Origin: Escherichia coli
GTDB taxonomy: Bacteria > Pseudomonadota > Gammaproteobacteria > Enterobacterales > Enterobacteriaceae
Length of the DNA: 64,000 nucleotides
Assembly: GCF_001677475.2 (NCBI RefSeq)
Contig: NZ_CP015229.1
Reading direction: 5' to 3' (one strand)
Part shown: piece by piece, positions 28,584-43,065 of the stretch
Position numbering within the stretch: the stretch's first letter is position 1
Layout: each line of letters starts with the position of its first letter
Program-made: the position numbers and the translations under genes
The notes under the pieces: model-generated
What the model saw: the letters and a program-made list of their open reading frames with translations, nothing else
The model's database searches: none
Told to the model about the DNA's origin: nothing

Positions 28584-28805
28584 TCAGAGTGCGCTATAAA
28601 TATTCACAATAGGGCGCGAATATTACGCAAAACGCACGCCTTTGACAAGTGCTACAGTCAATACACGAAGAAAAAAAACACAACTTGTACGGTAACGTTT
28701 ATCTGTGCCATTTTTTCAGTACAATCACCCTATATTCCTAACCATAAACCCTAAGTTGCCTTTGTTCACAGTAAGGTAATCGGGGCGAAAAGCCCGGCTT
28801 TTGCG

Positions 28806-29777
28806 ATGAATTTAGAAAAAATCAATGAGTTAACCGCGCAAGATATGGCGGGTGTTAATGCGGCAATCCTTGAGCAGCTTAATTCCGACGTCCAACTGAT
28901 CAATCAGTTAGGCTATTACATCGTCAGCGGCGGCGGTAAACGTATTCGTCCGATGATTGCTGTACTGGCTGCACGAGCTGTTGGCTATGAGGGAAATGCG
29001 CATGTCACCATTGCTGCCCTGATCGAGTTTATCCACACGGCGACTCTGCTACACGACGACGTTGTGGATGAATCAGATATGCGCAGGGGTAAAGCTACAG
29101 CCAACGCCGCATTTGGCAATGCCGCCAGCGTGCTGGTAGGCGATTTTATTTATACCCGCGCGTTCCAGATGATGACCAGCCTCGGTTCTCTCAAAGTGCT
29201 GGAAGTCATGTCAGAAGCCGTAAACGTCATCGCAGAAGGTGAAGTTCTGCAACTGATGAACGTTAACGATCCGGACATCACTGAAGAAAACTACATGCGC
29301 GTTATCTATAGCAAAACCGCGCGTCTGTTTGAGGCTGCCGCGCAGTGTTCCGGGATTCTGGCTGGCTGTACGCCGGAGGAGGAGAAAGGCCTGCAGGATT
29401 ATGGGCGCTATCTCGGCACTGCTTTCCAGTTGATCGACGATTTACTCGATTACAATGCCGATGGCGAACAGTTAGGTAAAAACGTCGGCGACGATCTGAA
29501 CGAAGGTAAACCGACGCTGCCGCTGCTGCATGCGATGCATCATGGCACACCAGAACAGGCACAGATGATTCGTATCGCCATCGAACAGGGTAACGGTCGC
29601 CATCTTCTGGAACCGGTTCTGGAAGCAATGAACGCTTGTGGATCTCTTGAATGGACGCGTCAGCGTGCCGAGGAAGAAGCAGACAAAGCCATCGCAGCGT
29701 TACAGGTGCTCCCGGACACCCCTTGGCGAGAAGCACTCATCGGCCTCGCACACATCGCTGTTCAACGCGATCGTTAA
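28806..29777 (+). CDS. ispB: Octaprenyl diphosphate synthase IspB (323 aa)
   Basis: Translation MNLEKINELTAQDMAGVNAAILEQLNSDVQLINQLGYYIVSGGGKRIRP... with DDxxD motifs (LLHDDVVDESD, LIDDLLDY). Confidence 0.97.
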   Translation: MNLEKINELTAQDMAGVNAAILEQLNSDVQLINQLGYYIVSGGGKRIRPMIAVLAARAVGYEGNAHVTIAALIEFIHTATLLHDDVVDESDMRRGKATANAAFGNAASVLVGDFIYTRAFQMMTSLGSLKVLEVMSEAVNVIAEGEVLQLMNVNDPDITEENYMRVIYSKTARLFEAAAQCSGILAGCTPEEEKGLQDYGRYLGTAFQLIDDLLDYNADGEQLGKNVGDDLNEGKPTLPLLHAMHHGTPEQAQMIRIAIEQGNGRHLLEPVLEAMNACGSLEWTRQRAEEEADKAIAALQVLPDTPWREALIGLAHIAVQRDR

Positions 29778-30004
29778 TCCCCTCCCCTCATCCCGCGCAG
29801 TGCGCGGGATGATTCCAGTAAATTCCATAAAAACACTTATTCAGCTCTATAACACCTGAAAAACAGGGCTATGCATCTTTATATATTCTGAATATTCACA
29901 CTCTTTACAGGAACTTTTTAGAGCAATAGGCCATCAGGAGTATAGTGATGCTCGACAGAAGAAGTGTTCTGAATGAAAGCGACTAACTTAAGGAGTGAGG
30001 AAAG

Positions 30005-30283
30005 ATGGAAAGTAATTTCATTGACTGGCATCCCGCTGACATCATTGCGGGTTTGCGCAAGAAAGGAACGTCAATGGCGGCGGAATCTCGCAGAAATGGT
30101 TTGAGTTCCTCAACGCTGGCGAATGCATTATCGCGCCCATGGCCGAAAGGAGAGATGATTATTGCGAAAGCCCTGGGAACTGACCCCTGGGTTATCTGGC
30201 CATCACGCTACCATGATCCGCAGACTCATGAGTTTATCGACAGAACGCAGTTAATGCGTAGCTACACTAAACCGAAAAAATGA
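30005..30283 (+). CDS. sfsB: Ner-like DNA-binding regulator SfsB/Nlp (92 aa)
   Basis: Translation MESNFIDWHPADIIAGLRKKGTSMAAESRRNGLSSSTLANALSRPWPKGEMIIAKALGTDPWVIWPSRYHDPQTHEFIDRTQLMRSYTKPKK. Confidence 0.9.
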   Translation: MESNFIDWHPADIIAGLRKKGTSMAAESRRNGLSSSTLANALSRPWPKGEMIIAKALGTDPWVIWPSRYHDPQTHEFIDRTQLMRSYTKPKK

Positions 30284-30330
30284 GTGGTCTGGCGGTAGCC
30301 CCGCGAACGGGGCTGCCAGCTCTCAGACGA

Positions 30331-31590
<1,260 letters not shown>

Positions 31591-31644
31591 TTAGTTTGTT
31601 CTCAGTTAACAATTCATATCCGCTACCGGCGAATCGCCCATAGC

Positions 31645-31899
31645 TCAAAAGCCGTTCAGTTTGCGATCGCGCGCCCACTCCGCAGGGGTATACGCTTTGA
31701 TCGACACAGCATGAATGCGGTTATCCGCAATATATTCCATCAGCGGGCCATAGACCGTCTGCTGTTTTTTAACCCGACTCATGCCGTCAAACAACTCACC
31801 CACGGCAATAACCTGAAAGTGGCTGCCATCGCCGGAAACGTGGACTTCCTGGAGGGAGAGAGCGTTCATCAACACGCTCTGAATTTCATTATTTTCCAT
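31645..31899 (-). CDS. ibaG: BolA-family acid-stress protein IbaG/YrbA (84 aa)
   Basis: Translation [84 protein letters not shown]; track ORF over-extended by 5 codons. Confidence 0.9.
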
Positions 31900-32058
31900 G
31901 GGATCTTCAATCATCAGTTAATAAACCAGCGAAACATCTTAGAGCAAAGTTGCGCTGGCATAAATAAGCAAAAAGCCTCGCTGATAAATCAGACAAGGCT
32001 CGACTTGCAGGCAGGTTTGCCGGACAGGCGGTTAACGCCATATCCGGCCTGAAAAAAT

Positions 32059-32351
32059 TTAACGAGGCAGAACATCAGCAGGCAAATTATACAATTTCGC
32101 CAGGGTATACACTTTATCGTTTACCCCCTGAAGCGTCACGTTGTTGCCCTGCTTTTTCGCCAGATCGATAAGATGGAGCAGCAGTGCCAGTCCACCCGTA
32201 TCCACGCGGGACACACGGCTAAGATCGATGCAGGTAATCCCCTTCACCGCTTCCTCACGCATTTCCCAAAGCGGTAGCAGAACGTCCTGATCCAGCTCTC
32301 CGGATAGCGCCAGCGTGTCACCCGTCTGCATCCAGCTCAGTGACTCGCTCA

Positions 32352-32352
<1 letters not shown>
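32059..32352 (-). CDS. mlaB: Phospholipid ABC transporter STAS-domain subunit MlaB (97 aa)
   Basis: Translation MSESLSWMQTGDTLALSGELDQDVLLPLWEMREEAVKGITCIDLSRVSRVDTGGLALLLHLIDLAKKQGNNVTLQGVNDKVYTLAKLYNLPADVLPR; track ORF over-extended. Confidence 0.9.
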
Positions 32353-33005
<653 letters not shown>

Positions 33006-33557
33006 TTATTTCGTTGTACCCACAGGTTCAGTGGTTTCATTATTACCTGGCGCAGCAGCTGGCGCATCGCCACTATTCTTATTGTCATCGCCTTTACTAC
33101 CGTAAAGGAACTGACCAATGAGATCTTCCAGCACCATCGCAGACTTAGTGTCCTGAATTGTATCGCCATCCTTCAGGATAGCAGTCCCCAGTTCCGGGTC
33201 TTCAAAACCGACGTTTAATGCCAGATATTGTTCCCCCAGCAGGCCGGAAGTACGAATGCTCAGCGAACTGGTATCAGGAATGTGGTTATAACGTTGTTCA
33301 ATTTCCAGCGTTACGCGCGGCAGATAGGTTTTCGGGTCCAGCGTAATATCCGCCACCCGGCCCACAACAACACCACCAATGCTGACCGGAGAGCGCGCTT
33401 TCAGGCCGCCAATGTTATCGAACGTCGCATAAAGCGTGTAGGTCGGTTCAGTACGTATGGACGTCACGTTCGCCGCCTTCAGGCAAACAAACAGCGCCGC
33501 CAGTAGTGCTGCTAATAAAAAGATACCCACCCAAATTTCATTTTTTTTCGTTTGCAT
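33006..33557 (-). CDS. mlaD: MCE-domain phospholipid transport subunit MlaD (183 aa)
   Basis: Translation MQTKKNEIWVGIFLLAALLAALFVCLKAANVTSIRTEPTYTLYATFDNIGGLKARSPVSIGGVVVGRV... Confidence 0.93.
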   Translation of the reverse strand: MQTKKNEIWVGIFLLAALLAALFVCLKAANVTSIRTEPTYTLYATFDNIGGLKARSPVSIGGVVVGRVADITLDPKTYLPRVTLEIEQRYNHIPDTSSLSIRTSGLLGEQYLALNVGFEDPELGTAILKDGDTIQDTKSAMVLEDLIGQFLYGSKGDDNKNSGDAPAAAPGNNETTEPVGTTK

Positions 33558-33561
33558 GAAC

Positions 33562-35161
<1,600 letters not shown>

Positions 35162-35370
35162 AATTCACCCTTCGTCTTGCGTTGATTTTCTAAGCATGGC
35201 GCTCAATTTAACCTTGAACCCAACATATTTACAGAATATTACCCGCCGTGGTTAGCGAAAGCTGGCATTTGTTTTACTTTTTAGCCGCATAAAGTCAAAA
35301 TTAAGAATCCGTTACGGCTTTCTGAAAATCTTCAGCGGACCGGCGAGTATACCTGAAGAAAGGACGTTAG

Positions 35371-36348
35371 ATGCTTTTAGCTACGGCACTGTTAATTGTT
35401 GGTTTACTTTTGGTCGTTTACAGTGCCGACCGCCTGGTTTTTGCCGCGTCTATTCTTTGCCGAACCTTTGGCATCCCGCCGCTAATCATCGGCATGACGG
35501 TGGTCAGTATTGGTACATCGTTACCAGAAATCATCGTCTCGCTTGCCGCGTCTCTGCACGAACAACGCGATTTAGCCGTTGGTACAGCCCTCGGCTCAAA
35601 CATTATCAATATATTGCTGATCCTCGGTCTGGCTGCGCTGGTTCGTCCTTTTACCGTCCATTCTGATGTTCTACGCCGTGAATTACCCTTAATGTTGTTG
35701 GTCAGCGTGGTGGCCGGTTCCGTACTCTATGACGGACAACTTAGTCGCAGCGATGGTATCTTTCTCCTCTTTCTGGCTGTGCTATGGCTGCTGTTCATTG
35801 TTAAACTTGCACGTCAGGCTGAACGTCAGGGGACTGACAGCCTGACCAGAGAGCAGCTTGCAGAGCTGCCTCGTGACGGCGGATTGCCCGTCGCGTTTTT
35901 ATGGCTCGGCATTGCGCTTATCATCATGCCAGTGGCCACGCGGATGGTGGTTGATAACGCCACGGTGCTGGCGAATTACTTTGCCATCAGCGAGTTGACG
36001 ATGGGTTTGACGGCAATTGCTATCGGAACCAGCCTGCCGGAACTGGCAACCGCAATAGCGGGGGTTCGCAAAGGTGAAAACGACATTGCTGTCGGAAATA
36101 TCATTGGCGCAAACATTTTTAATATTGTCATCGTGTTGGGTTTACCCGCGCTGATAACGCCAGGAGAGATTGATCCACTGGCGTACAGTCGTGACTACAG
36201 CGTGATGTTGCTGGTGAGCATTATTTTTGCGTTGCTGTGCTGGCGGCGCTCCCCGCAACCGGGCCGTGGTGTAGGGGTATTATTAACTGGCGGATTTATC
36301 GTATGGCTGGCGATGTTGTACTGGTTATCGCCAATACTCGTTGAATAA
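35371..36348 (+). CDS. yrbG: CaCA-family (Na+/Ca2+ exchanger-like) inner-membrane protein YrbG (325 aa)
   Basis: Translation MLLATALLIVGLLLVVYSADRLVFAASILCRTFGIPPLIIGMTVVSIGTSLPEIIVSLAASL... with duplicated GTSLPE alpha-repeat motifs. Confidence 0.93.
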   Translation: MLLATALLIVGLLLVVYSADRLVFAASILCRTFGIPPLIIGMTVVSIGTSLPEIIVSLAASLHEQRDLAVGTALGSNIINILLILGLAALVRPFTVHSDVLRRELPLMLLVSVVAGSVLYDGQLSRSDGIFLLFLAVLWLLFIVKLARQAERQGTDSLTREQLAELPRDGGLPVAFLWLGIALIIMPVATRMVVDNATVLANYFAISELTMGLTAIAIGTSLPELATAIAGVRKGENDIAVGNIIGANIFNIVIVLGLPALITPGEIDPLAYSRDYSVMLLVSIIFALLCWRRSPQPGRGVGVLLTGGFIVWLAMLYWLSPILVE

Positions 36349-36361
36349 CTGGAAACGCATT

Positions 36362-37348
36362 ATGTCGCACGTAGAGTTACAACCGGGTTTTGACTTTCAG
36401 CAAGCAGGTAAAGAAGTCCTGGCGATTGAACGTGAATGCCTGGCGGAGCTTGATCAATACATCAATCAGAATTTCACACTTGCCTGTGAAAAGATGTTCT
36501 GGTGTAAAGGGAAAGTTGTCGTCATGGGGATGGGGAAATCGGGGCATATTGGGCGAAAAATGGCGGCAACGTTTGCCAGCACCGGTACACCTTCATTTTT
36601 TGTCCATCCTGGTGAAGCAGCGCATGGTGATTTAGGCATGGTCACCCCACAGGATGTGGTGATTGCTATCTCTAACTCAGGTGAATCCAGCGAAATCACG
36701 GCCTTAATTCCAGTGCTTAAGCGTCTTCACGTACCGTTAATCTGCATCACCGGTCGCCCGGAGAGCAGCATGGCGCGCGCCGCAGATGTGCATCTGTGTG
36801 TTAAAGTAGCGAAAGAAGCCTGTCCGTTAGGGCTGGCACCAACCAGCAGCACCACCGCCACGCTGGTTATGGGCGATGCCCTCGCTGTCGCGCTGTTAAA
36901 AGCACGCGGCTTTACTGCTGAAGATTTTGCGCTCTCACACCCAGGCGGCGCACTGGGTCGTAAACTTCTGCTGCGCGTAAACGATATTATGCATACGGGC
37001 GATGAGATCCCGCATGTTAAAAAAACGGCCAGTCTGCGTGACGCATTGCTGGAAGTTACCCGCAAAAATCTTGGTATGACTGTCATTTGCGATGACAATA
37101 TGATGATTGAAGGCATCTTTACCGACGGTGATTTACGCCGTGTCTTCGATATGGGCGTGGATGTTCGTCAGTTAAGTATTGCCGATGTGATGACGCCGGG
37201 GGGAATACGTGTGCGCCCTGGCATTCTGGCCGTTGAGGCACTGAACTTAATGCAGTCCCGCCATATCACCTCCGTGATGGTTGCCGATGGCGACCATTTA
37301 CTCGGTGTGTTACATATGCATGATTTACTGCGTGCAGGCGTAGTGTAA
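36362..37348 (+). CDS. kdsD: D-arabinose 5-phosphate isomerase KdsD (328 aa)
   Basis: Translation MSHVELQPGFDFQQAGKEVLAIERECLAELDQYINQNFTLACEKMFWCKGKVVVMGMGKSGHIGRK... SIS plus tandem CBS domains; track ORF over-extended by 7 codons. Confidence 0.93.
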   Translation: MSHVELQPGFDFQQAGKEVLAIERECLAELDQYINQNFTLACEKMFWCKGKVVVMGMGKSGHIGRKMAATFASTGTPSFFVHPGEAAHGDLGMVTPQDVVIAISNSGESSEITALIPVLKRLHVPLICITGRPESSMARAADVHLCVKVAKEACPLGLAPTSSTTATLVMGDALAVALLKARGFTAEDFALSHPGGALGRKLLLRVNDIMHTGDEIPHVKKTASLRDALLEVTRKNLGMTVICDDNMMIEGIFTDGDLRRVFDMGVDVRQLSIADVMTPGGIRVRPGILAVEALNLMQSRHITSVMVADGDHLLGVLHMHDLLRAGVV

Positions 37349-37368
37349 AGATTCAAGGATAAACAATA

Positions 37369-37935
37369 ATGAGCAAAGCAGGTGCGTCGCTTGCGACCTG
37401 TTACGGCCCTGTCAGCGCCGACGTTATAGCAAAAGCAGAGAACATTCGTCTGCTGATCCTCGACGTTGATGGCGTACTGTCAGATGGCCTGATTTATATG
37501 GGCAATAACGGCGAAGAGCTGAAAGCGTTCAATGTTCGTGACGGTTATGGCATTCGTTGTGCGCTCACCTCTGATATTGAAGTCGCTATCATTACCGGGC
37601 GAAAGGCTAAACTGGTAGAAGATCGTTGTGCCACATTGGGGATCACTCACTTGTATCAGGGGCAGTCAAACAAACTGATCGCCTTTAGCGATCTGCTGGA
37701 AAAACTGGCGATTGCCCCGGAAAATGTGGCCTATGTCGGCGATGATCTCATCGACTGGCCGGTAATGGAAAAAGTGGGTTTAAGCGTCGCCGTGGCCGAT
37801 GCGCATCCACTGTTGATCCCGCGCGCCGATTACGTGACGCGCATTGCTGGCGGTCGTGGCGCAGTGCGAGAAGTTTGCGACTTATTACTCCTGGCGCAGG
37901 GCAAACTGGATGAAGCCAAAGGGCAATCGATATGA
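37369..37935 (+). CDS. kdsC: KDO 8-phosphate phosphatase KdsC (188 aa)
   Basis: Translation MSKAGASLATCYGPVSADVIAKAENIRLLILDVDGVLSDGLIYMGNNGEELKAFNVRDGYGIRC... (HAD DxDGV motif). Confidence 0.95.
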   Translation: MSKAGASLATCYGPVSADVIAKAENIRLLILDVDGVLSDGLIYMGNNGEELKAFNVRDGYGIRCALTSDIEVAIITGRKAKLVEDRCATLGITHLYQGQSNKLIAFSDLLEKLAIAPENVAYVGDDLIDWPVMEKVGLSVAVADAHPLLIPRADYVTRIAGGRGAVREVCDLLLLAQGKLDEAKGQSI

Positions 37936-38507
37936 GTAAAGCCAGACGTTGGGTTATCATTGTGCTATCACTGGCGGTTCTGGTGATGATCGGCATTAAT
38001 ATGGCCGAAAAAGACGATACCGCCCAGGTGGTCGTCAACAACAATGATCCCACCTATAAAAGCGAGCATACGGACACGCTCGTCTATAACCCAGAAGGGG
38101 CACTAAGCTATCGATTGATTGCTCAACACGTTGAATATTATTCCGATCAGGCCGTTTCGTGGTTTACGCAGCCGGTACTTACCACGTTTGATAAGGATAA
38201 AATCCCGACATGGTCCGTAAAAGCAGATAAAGCCAAGCTGACCAATGACCGGATGCTCTATTTATATGGACACGTTGAAGTCAACGCACTTGTGCCGGAC
38301 TCTCAACTTCGCAGAATCACGACGGATAACGCGCAGATCAATCTGGTGACGCAGGATGTTACCTCTGAAGACCTCGTCACGTTATACGGAACAACATTTA
38401 ACTCCAGCGGTCTGAAAATGCGCGGCAACTTACGCAGCAAGAACGCCGAGCTGATTGAAAAGGTTAGAACATCCTATGAAATTCAAAACAAACAAACTCA
38501 GCCTTAA
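37932..38507 (+). CDS. lptC: LPS export inner-membrane-anchored protein LptC (191 aa)
   Basis: Translation MSKARRWVIIVLSLAVLVMIGINMAEKDDTAQVVVNNNDPTYKSEHTDTLVYNPEGALSYRL...; overlaps kdsC stop by 4 nt. Confidence 0.95.
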   Translation: MSKARRWVIIVLSLAVLVMIGINMAEKDDTAQVVVNNNDPTYKSEHTDTLVYNPEGALSYRLIAQHVEYYSDQAVSWFTQPVLTTFDKDKIPTWSVKADKAKLTNDRMLYLYGHVEVNALVPDSQLRRITTDNAQINLVTQDVTSEDLVTLYGTTFNSSGLKMRGNLRSKNAELIEKVRTSYEIQNKQTQP

Positions 38508-39033
38508 TCTTGTGCTTGCCAGCTCACTTCTGGCCGCCAGCATTCCGGCATTTGCCGTAACCGGAGACACTGATCAGCCGATCCACATTGAATCGGACCA
38601 GCAATCTCTTGATATGCAAGGCAACGTGGTTACCTTTACCGGTAATGTCATCGTCACCCAGGGCACCATCAAAATTAATGCCGACAAAGTGGTCGTTACC
38701 CGTCCGGGCGGCGAACAAGGTAAAGAAGTGATTGACGGCTACGGTAAACCGGCAACGTTCTACCAGATGCAGGACAACGGTAAACCCGTTGAAGGTCACG
38801 CTTCCCAGATGCACTACGAACTGGCAAAAGATTTTGTCGTTCTGACGGGTAATGCTTATCTGCAGCAGGTCGATAGCAACATTAAGGGCGATAAGATCAC
38901 TTACCTGGTGAAAGAGCAGAAAATGCAGGCTTTCAGCGACAAAGGCAAGCGCGTAACCACCGTTCTGGTGCCATCGCAGCTGCAGGACAAAAACAATAAA
39001 GGCCAGACCCCGGCACAGAAGAAGGGTAATTAA
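38476..39033 (+). CDS. lptA: Periplasmic LPS transport protein LptA (185 aa)
   Basis: Translation MKFKTNKLSLNLVLASSLLAASIPAFAVTGDTDQPIHIESDQQSLDMQGNVVTFTGNVIVTQGTIK...; start overlaps the lptC 3' end by 32 nt. Confidence 0.92.
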   Translation: MKFKTNKLSLNLVLASSLLAASIPAFAVTGDTDQPIHIESDQQSLDMQGNVVTFTGNVIVTQGTIKINADKVVVTRPGGEQGKEVIDGYGKPATFYQMQDNGKPVEGHASQMHYELAKDFVVLTGNAYLQQVDSNIKGDKITYLVKEQKMQAFSDKGKRVTTVLVPSQLQDKNNKGQTPAQKKGN

Positions 39034-39039
39034 TTCGTT

Positions 39040-39765
39040 ATGGCAACATTAACTGCAAAGAACCTTGCAAAAGCCTATAAAGGCCGTCGCGTGGTAGAAG
39101 ACGTCAGCCTGACCGTCAACTCCGGGGAAATTGTCGGCCTGCTGGGGCCAAACGGTGCCGGTAAGACCACCACTTTCTATATGGTTGTAGGCATTGTGCC
39201 GCGCGATGCGGGCAACATCATTATTGATGATGACGATATCAGTTTGCTGCCTCTGCATGCACGCGCGCGCCGCGGTATCGGCTATCTGCCACAGGAAGCC
39301 TCCATTTTCCGTCGCCTCAGCGTTTACGATAACCTGATGGCGGTACTGCAAATTCGTGACGACTTGTCTGCTGAACAACGTGAAGACCGCGCGAACGAGC
39401 TGATGGAAGAGTTTCACATTGAGCACCTGCGTGACAGCATGGGGCAGTCACTCTCCGGGGGTGAACGTCGCCGTGTAGAAATTGCCCGCGCACTGGCTGC
39501 GAATCCGAAATTTATTCTGCTCGACGAACCGTTTGCCGGGGTTGACCCGATCTCGGTTATCGACATTAAACGCATCATTGAGCACCTGCGCGACAGCGGC
39601 CTGGGCGTGCTGATCACTGACCACAACGTGCGTGAAACACTGGCGGTTTGTGAACGCGCTTATATCGTCAGTCAGGGGCATTTGATCGCCCACGGCACGC
39701 CTACAGAAATCTTACAAGACGAACACGTTAAGCGTGTATACCTTGGGGAAGACTTCAGACTCTGA
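39040..39765 (+). CDS. lptB: LPS export ABC transporter ATPase LptB (241 aa)
   Basis: Translation [68 protein letters not shown]... Confidence 0.97.
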
Positions 39766-39812
39766 TAGGGTAGAAGTTTGCGACGTTTTAGCAGGAGAGT
39801 ACGATTCTGAAC

Positions 39813-41246
39813 ATGAAGCAAGGTTTGCAACTCAGGCTTAGCCAACAACTGGCGATGACGCCACAGCTCCAACAGGCAATTCGTCTGTTGCAGTTGTCGA
39901 CGCTGGAACTTCAGCAGGAGCTACAGCAGGCGCTGGAGAGTAATCCGCTGCTTGAGCAAATCGACACTCATGAAGAAATCGACACCCGCGAAACGCAAGA
40001 CAGTGAAACACTGGACACCGCCGACGCGCTCGAACAAAAAGAGATGCCGGAAGAGCTGCCGCTCGATGCCAGCTGGGACACCATTTACACCGCTGGTACA
40101 CCATCCGGCACCAGCGGTGACTACATTGACGACGAGCTGCCGGTATACCAGGGCGAAACGACGCAGACCTTGCAGGATTACCTGATGTGGCAGGTCGAGC
40201 TGACACCGTTTTCCGATACTGACCGCGCTATTGCTACCTCTATCGTCGATGCCGTTGATGACACCGGTTATCTGACTGTACCGCTGGAAGATATTCTCGA
40301 AAGTATGGGCGATGAAGAGATCGACATCGACGAAGTTGAAGCCGTCCTTAAGCGGATCCAACGGTTTGATCCGGTCGGTGTGGCGGCAAAAGATCTGCGT
40401 GACTGCCTGCTGATCCAACTCTCCCAATTCGATAAAACCACGCCGTGGCTGGAAGAGGCCAGACTGATTATTAGCGATCATCTCGATCTGTTAGCCAATC
40501 ACGACTTCCGCACTTTAATGCGCGTCACGCGTCTGAAAGAAGATGTGCTGAAAGAAGCCGTCAATCTGATCCAGTCGCTCGATCCGCGCCCCGGGCAGTC
40601 GATCCAGACTGGCGAACCTGAGTATGTCATTCCAGATGTGCTGGTGCGTAAGCATAACGGTCACTGGACGGTAGAACTCAACAGTGACAGCATTCCGCGT
40701 CTGCAAATCAACCAGCACTACGCCTCGATGTGCAATAACGCGCGCAACGATGGTGACAACCAGTTTATCCGCAGCAATCTGCAGGATGCCAAATGGTTGA
40801 TCAAGAGTCTGGAAAGCCGTAACGATACGCTCCTGCGCGTGAGTCGCTGTATCGTTGAACAGCAGCAAGCCTTCTTTGAGCAAGGTGAAGAATATATGAA
40901 ACCGATGGTACTGGCCGATATCGCCCAGGCTGTCGAAATGCATGAATCGACGATATCTCGCGTGACCACGCAAAAATACCTGCATAGTCCACGAGGCATT
41001 TTTGAACTGAAGTATTTCTTTTCCAGTCACGTCAATACCGAGGGCGGCGGCGAAGCTTCCTCCACGGCGATTCGTGCGCTGGTGAAGAAATTAATCGCGG
41101 CGGAAAACCCAGCGAAACCGTTGAGCGACAGCAAGTTAACCTCTTTGCTGTCGGAACAAGGTATCATGGTGGCACGCCGCACTGTTGCGAAGTACCGAGA
41201 GTCTTTATCCATTCCGCCGTCAAACCAGCGTAAACAGCTCGTTTGA
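39813..41246 (+). CDS. rpoN: RNA polymerase sigma-54 factor RpoN (477 aa)
   Basis: Translation [49 protein letters not shown]... with C-terminal RpoN box ([10 protein letters not shown]). Confidence 0.97.
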   Translation: MKQGLQLRLSQQLAMTPQLQQAIRLLQLSTLELQQELQQALESNPLLEQIDTHEEIDTRETQDSETLDTADALEQKEMPEELPLDASWDTIYTAGTPSGTSGDYIDDELPVYQGETTQTLQDYLMWQVELTPFSDTDRAIATSIVDAVDDTGYLTVPLEDILESMGDEEIDIDEVEAVLKRIQRFDPVGVAAKDLRDCLLIQLSQFDKTTPWLEEARLIISDHLDLLANHDFRTLMRVTRLKEDVLKEAVNLIQSLDPRPGQSIQTGEPEYVIPDVLVRKHNGHWTVELNSDSIPRLQINQHYASMCNNARNDGDNQFIRSNLQDAKWLIKSLESRNDTLLRVSRCIVEQQQAFFEQGEEYMKPMVLADIAQAVEMHESTISRVTTQKYLHSPRGIFELKYFFSSHVNTEGGGEASSTAIRALVKKLIAAENPAKPLSDSKLTSLLSEQGIMVARRTVAKYRESLSIPPSNQRKQLV

Positions 41247-41268
41247 CCCAACCGATAAGGAAGACACT

Positions 41269-41556
41269 ATGCAGCTCAACATTACCGGAAATAACGTCGA
41301 GATCACCGAGGCACTGCGCGAATTTGTTACAGCCAAATTTGCCAAACTTGAGCAATATTTTGACCGAATCAACCAGGTCTATGTTGTTCTGAAAGTGGAG
41401 AAAGTCACCCACACCTCAGATGCAACACTGCATGTAAACGGTGGTGAAATTCATGCCAGCGCGGAAGGTCAGGACATGTACGCTGCCATTGATGGCTTAA
41501 TTGATAAGCTGGCACGCCAGTTGACCAAACATAAAGATAAACTGAAACAACACTAA
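41269..41556 (+). CDS. hpf: Ribosome hibernation promoting factor Hpf/YhbH (95 aa)
   Basis: Translation MQLNITGNNVEITEALREFVTAKFAKLEQYFDRINQVYVVLKVEKVTHTSDATLHVNGGEIHASAEGQDMYAAIDGLIDKLARQLTKHKDKLKQH. Confidence 0.93.
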   Translation: MQLNITGNNVEITEALREFVTAKFAKLEQYFDRINQVYVVLKVEKVTHTSDATLHVNGGEIHASAEGQDMYAAIDGLIDKLARQLTKHKDKLKQH

Positions 41557-41673
41557 TTGTCCGGGCAATTAGCATGTGCATGGCGGCCTGTTGTGCGGCA
41601 CAACGGGCCATTTGTACGGTTAATGCTCCGAGCCTGTTCCACTGTTTGAGTGGGCAGGTTCTTAGGTGAATTT

Positions 41674-42165
41674 ATGACAAATAATGATACAACTCTACAG
41701 CTTAGCAGTGTTCTTAACAGGGAATGTACGCGAAGCCGCGTCCACTGTCAGAGCAAAAAACGCGCCCTGGAAATCATCAGCGAGCTGGCGGCGAAACAAC
41801 TTAGCCTGCCGCCTCAGGTGGTTTTTGAAGCTATCCTGACGCGGGAAAAAATGGGCAGTACCGGTATCGGCAATGGTATTGCCATTCCGCATGGCAAACT
41901 GGAAGAAGATACTCTGCGTGCCGTTGGCGTTTTCGTTCAGCTCGAAACGCCTATAGCTTTCGATGCCATCGACAACCAACCGGTGGACTTACTTTTTGCC
42001 CTGCTGGTGCCGGCAGACCAAACTAAAACGCACCTGCATACTCTGTCACTGGTGGCGAAACGTCTGGCGGACAAAACCATCTGCCGCCGTTTACGCGCAG
42101 CCCAGAGCGATGAAGAGCTGTATCAAATCATTACGGATACCGAAGGTACTCCGGATGAAGCGTAG
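41674..42165 (+). CDS. ptsN: Nitrogen-related PTS enzyme IIA-Ntr PtsN (163 aa)
   Basis: Translation MTNNDTTLQLSSVLNRECTRSRVHCQSKKRALEIISELAAKQLSLPPQVVFEAILTREKMGSTGIGNGIAIPHGKL... Confidence 0.93.
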   Translation: MTNNDTTLQLSSVLNRECTRSRVHCQSKKRALEIISELAAKQLSLPPQVVFEAILTREKMGSTGIGNGIAIPHGKLEEDTLRAVGVFVQLETPIAFDAIDNQPVDLLFALLVPADQTKTHLHTLSLVAKRLADKTICRRLRAAQSDEELYQIITDTEGTPDEA

Positions 42166-42210
42166 TTATTCGGTAATGTCTCTTTTAGACGTTGTGAGGA
42201 GAAACAGTAC

Positions 42211-43065
42211 ATGGTACTGATGATCGTCAGCGGACGTTCAGGTTCAGGTAAATCTGTCGCCCTGCGTGCGCTGGAAGATATGGGTTTTTACTGCGTGGAT
42301 AACCTTCCCGTAGTGTTGTTACCCGATCTGGCTCGAACTCTGGCCGATCGCGAGATTTCTGCCGCCGTCAGCATTGATGTTCGTAATATGCCGGAGTCAC
42401 CAGAAATATTCGAACAGGCGATGAGTAACCTGCCTGACGCTTTCTCACCGCAACTCCTGTTCCTGGATGCCGACCGTAATACCTTAATTCGTCGTTACAG
42501 TGACACGCGCCGACTGCATCCGCTTTCCAGCAAAAACCTGTCGCTGGAAAGTGCTATCGACAAAGAAAGCGATTTGCTGGAGCCTCTGCGTTCGCGAGCG
42601 GATCTGATTGTCGATACCTCAGAAATGTCCGTTCACGAGCTGGCTGAAATGCTGCGTACCCGTCTGCTGGGTAAACGTGAACGCGAACTGACAATGGTCT
42701 TTGAGTCTTTCGGCTTCAAACACGGTATCCCTATCGATGCAGATTACGTCTTTGACGTGCGCTTCTTGCCGAACCCGCACTGGGATCCGAAACTGCGTCC
42801 AATGACAGGTCTTGATAAGCCCGTCGCCGCGTTCCTCGACCGCCACACAGAAGTACACAATTTTATCTACCAGACGCGAAGCTATCTTGAGCTATGGTTA
42901 CCTATGCTGGAAACCAACAACCGTAGCTACCTGACGGTTGCCATTGGTTGTACCGGCGGGAAGCACCGTTCGGTGTATATTGCAGAGCAACTGGCAGACT
43001 ACTTCCGCTCGCGCGGTAAAAACGTCCAGTCACGCCATCGTACGCTGGAAAAACGTAAACCATGA
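42211..43065 (+). CDS. rapZ: RNase adaptor protein RapZ/YhbJ (284 aa)
   Basis: Translation [44 protein letters not shown]... (Walker A GRSGSGKS). Confidence 0.95.
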
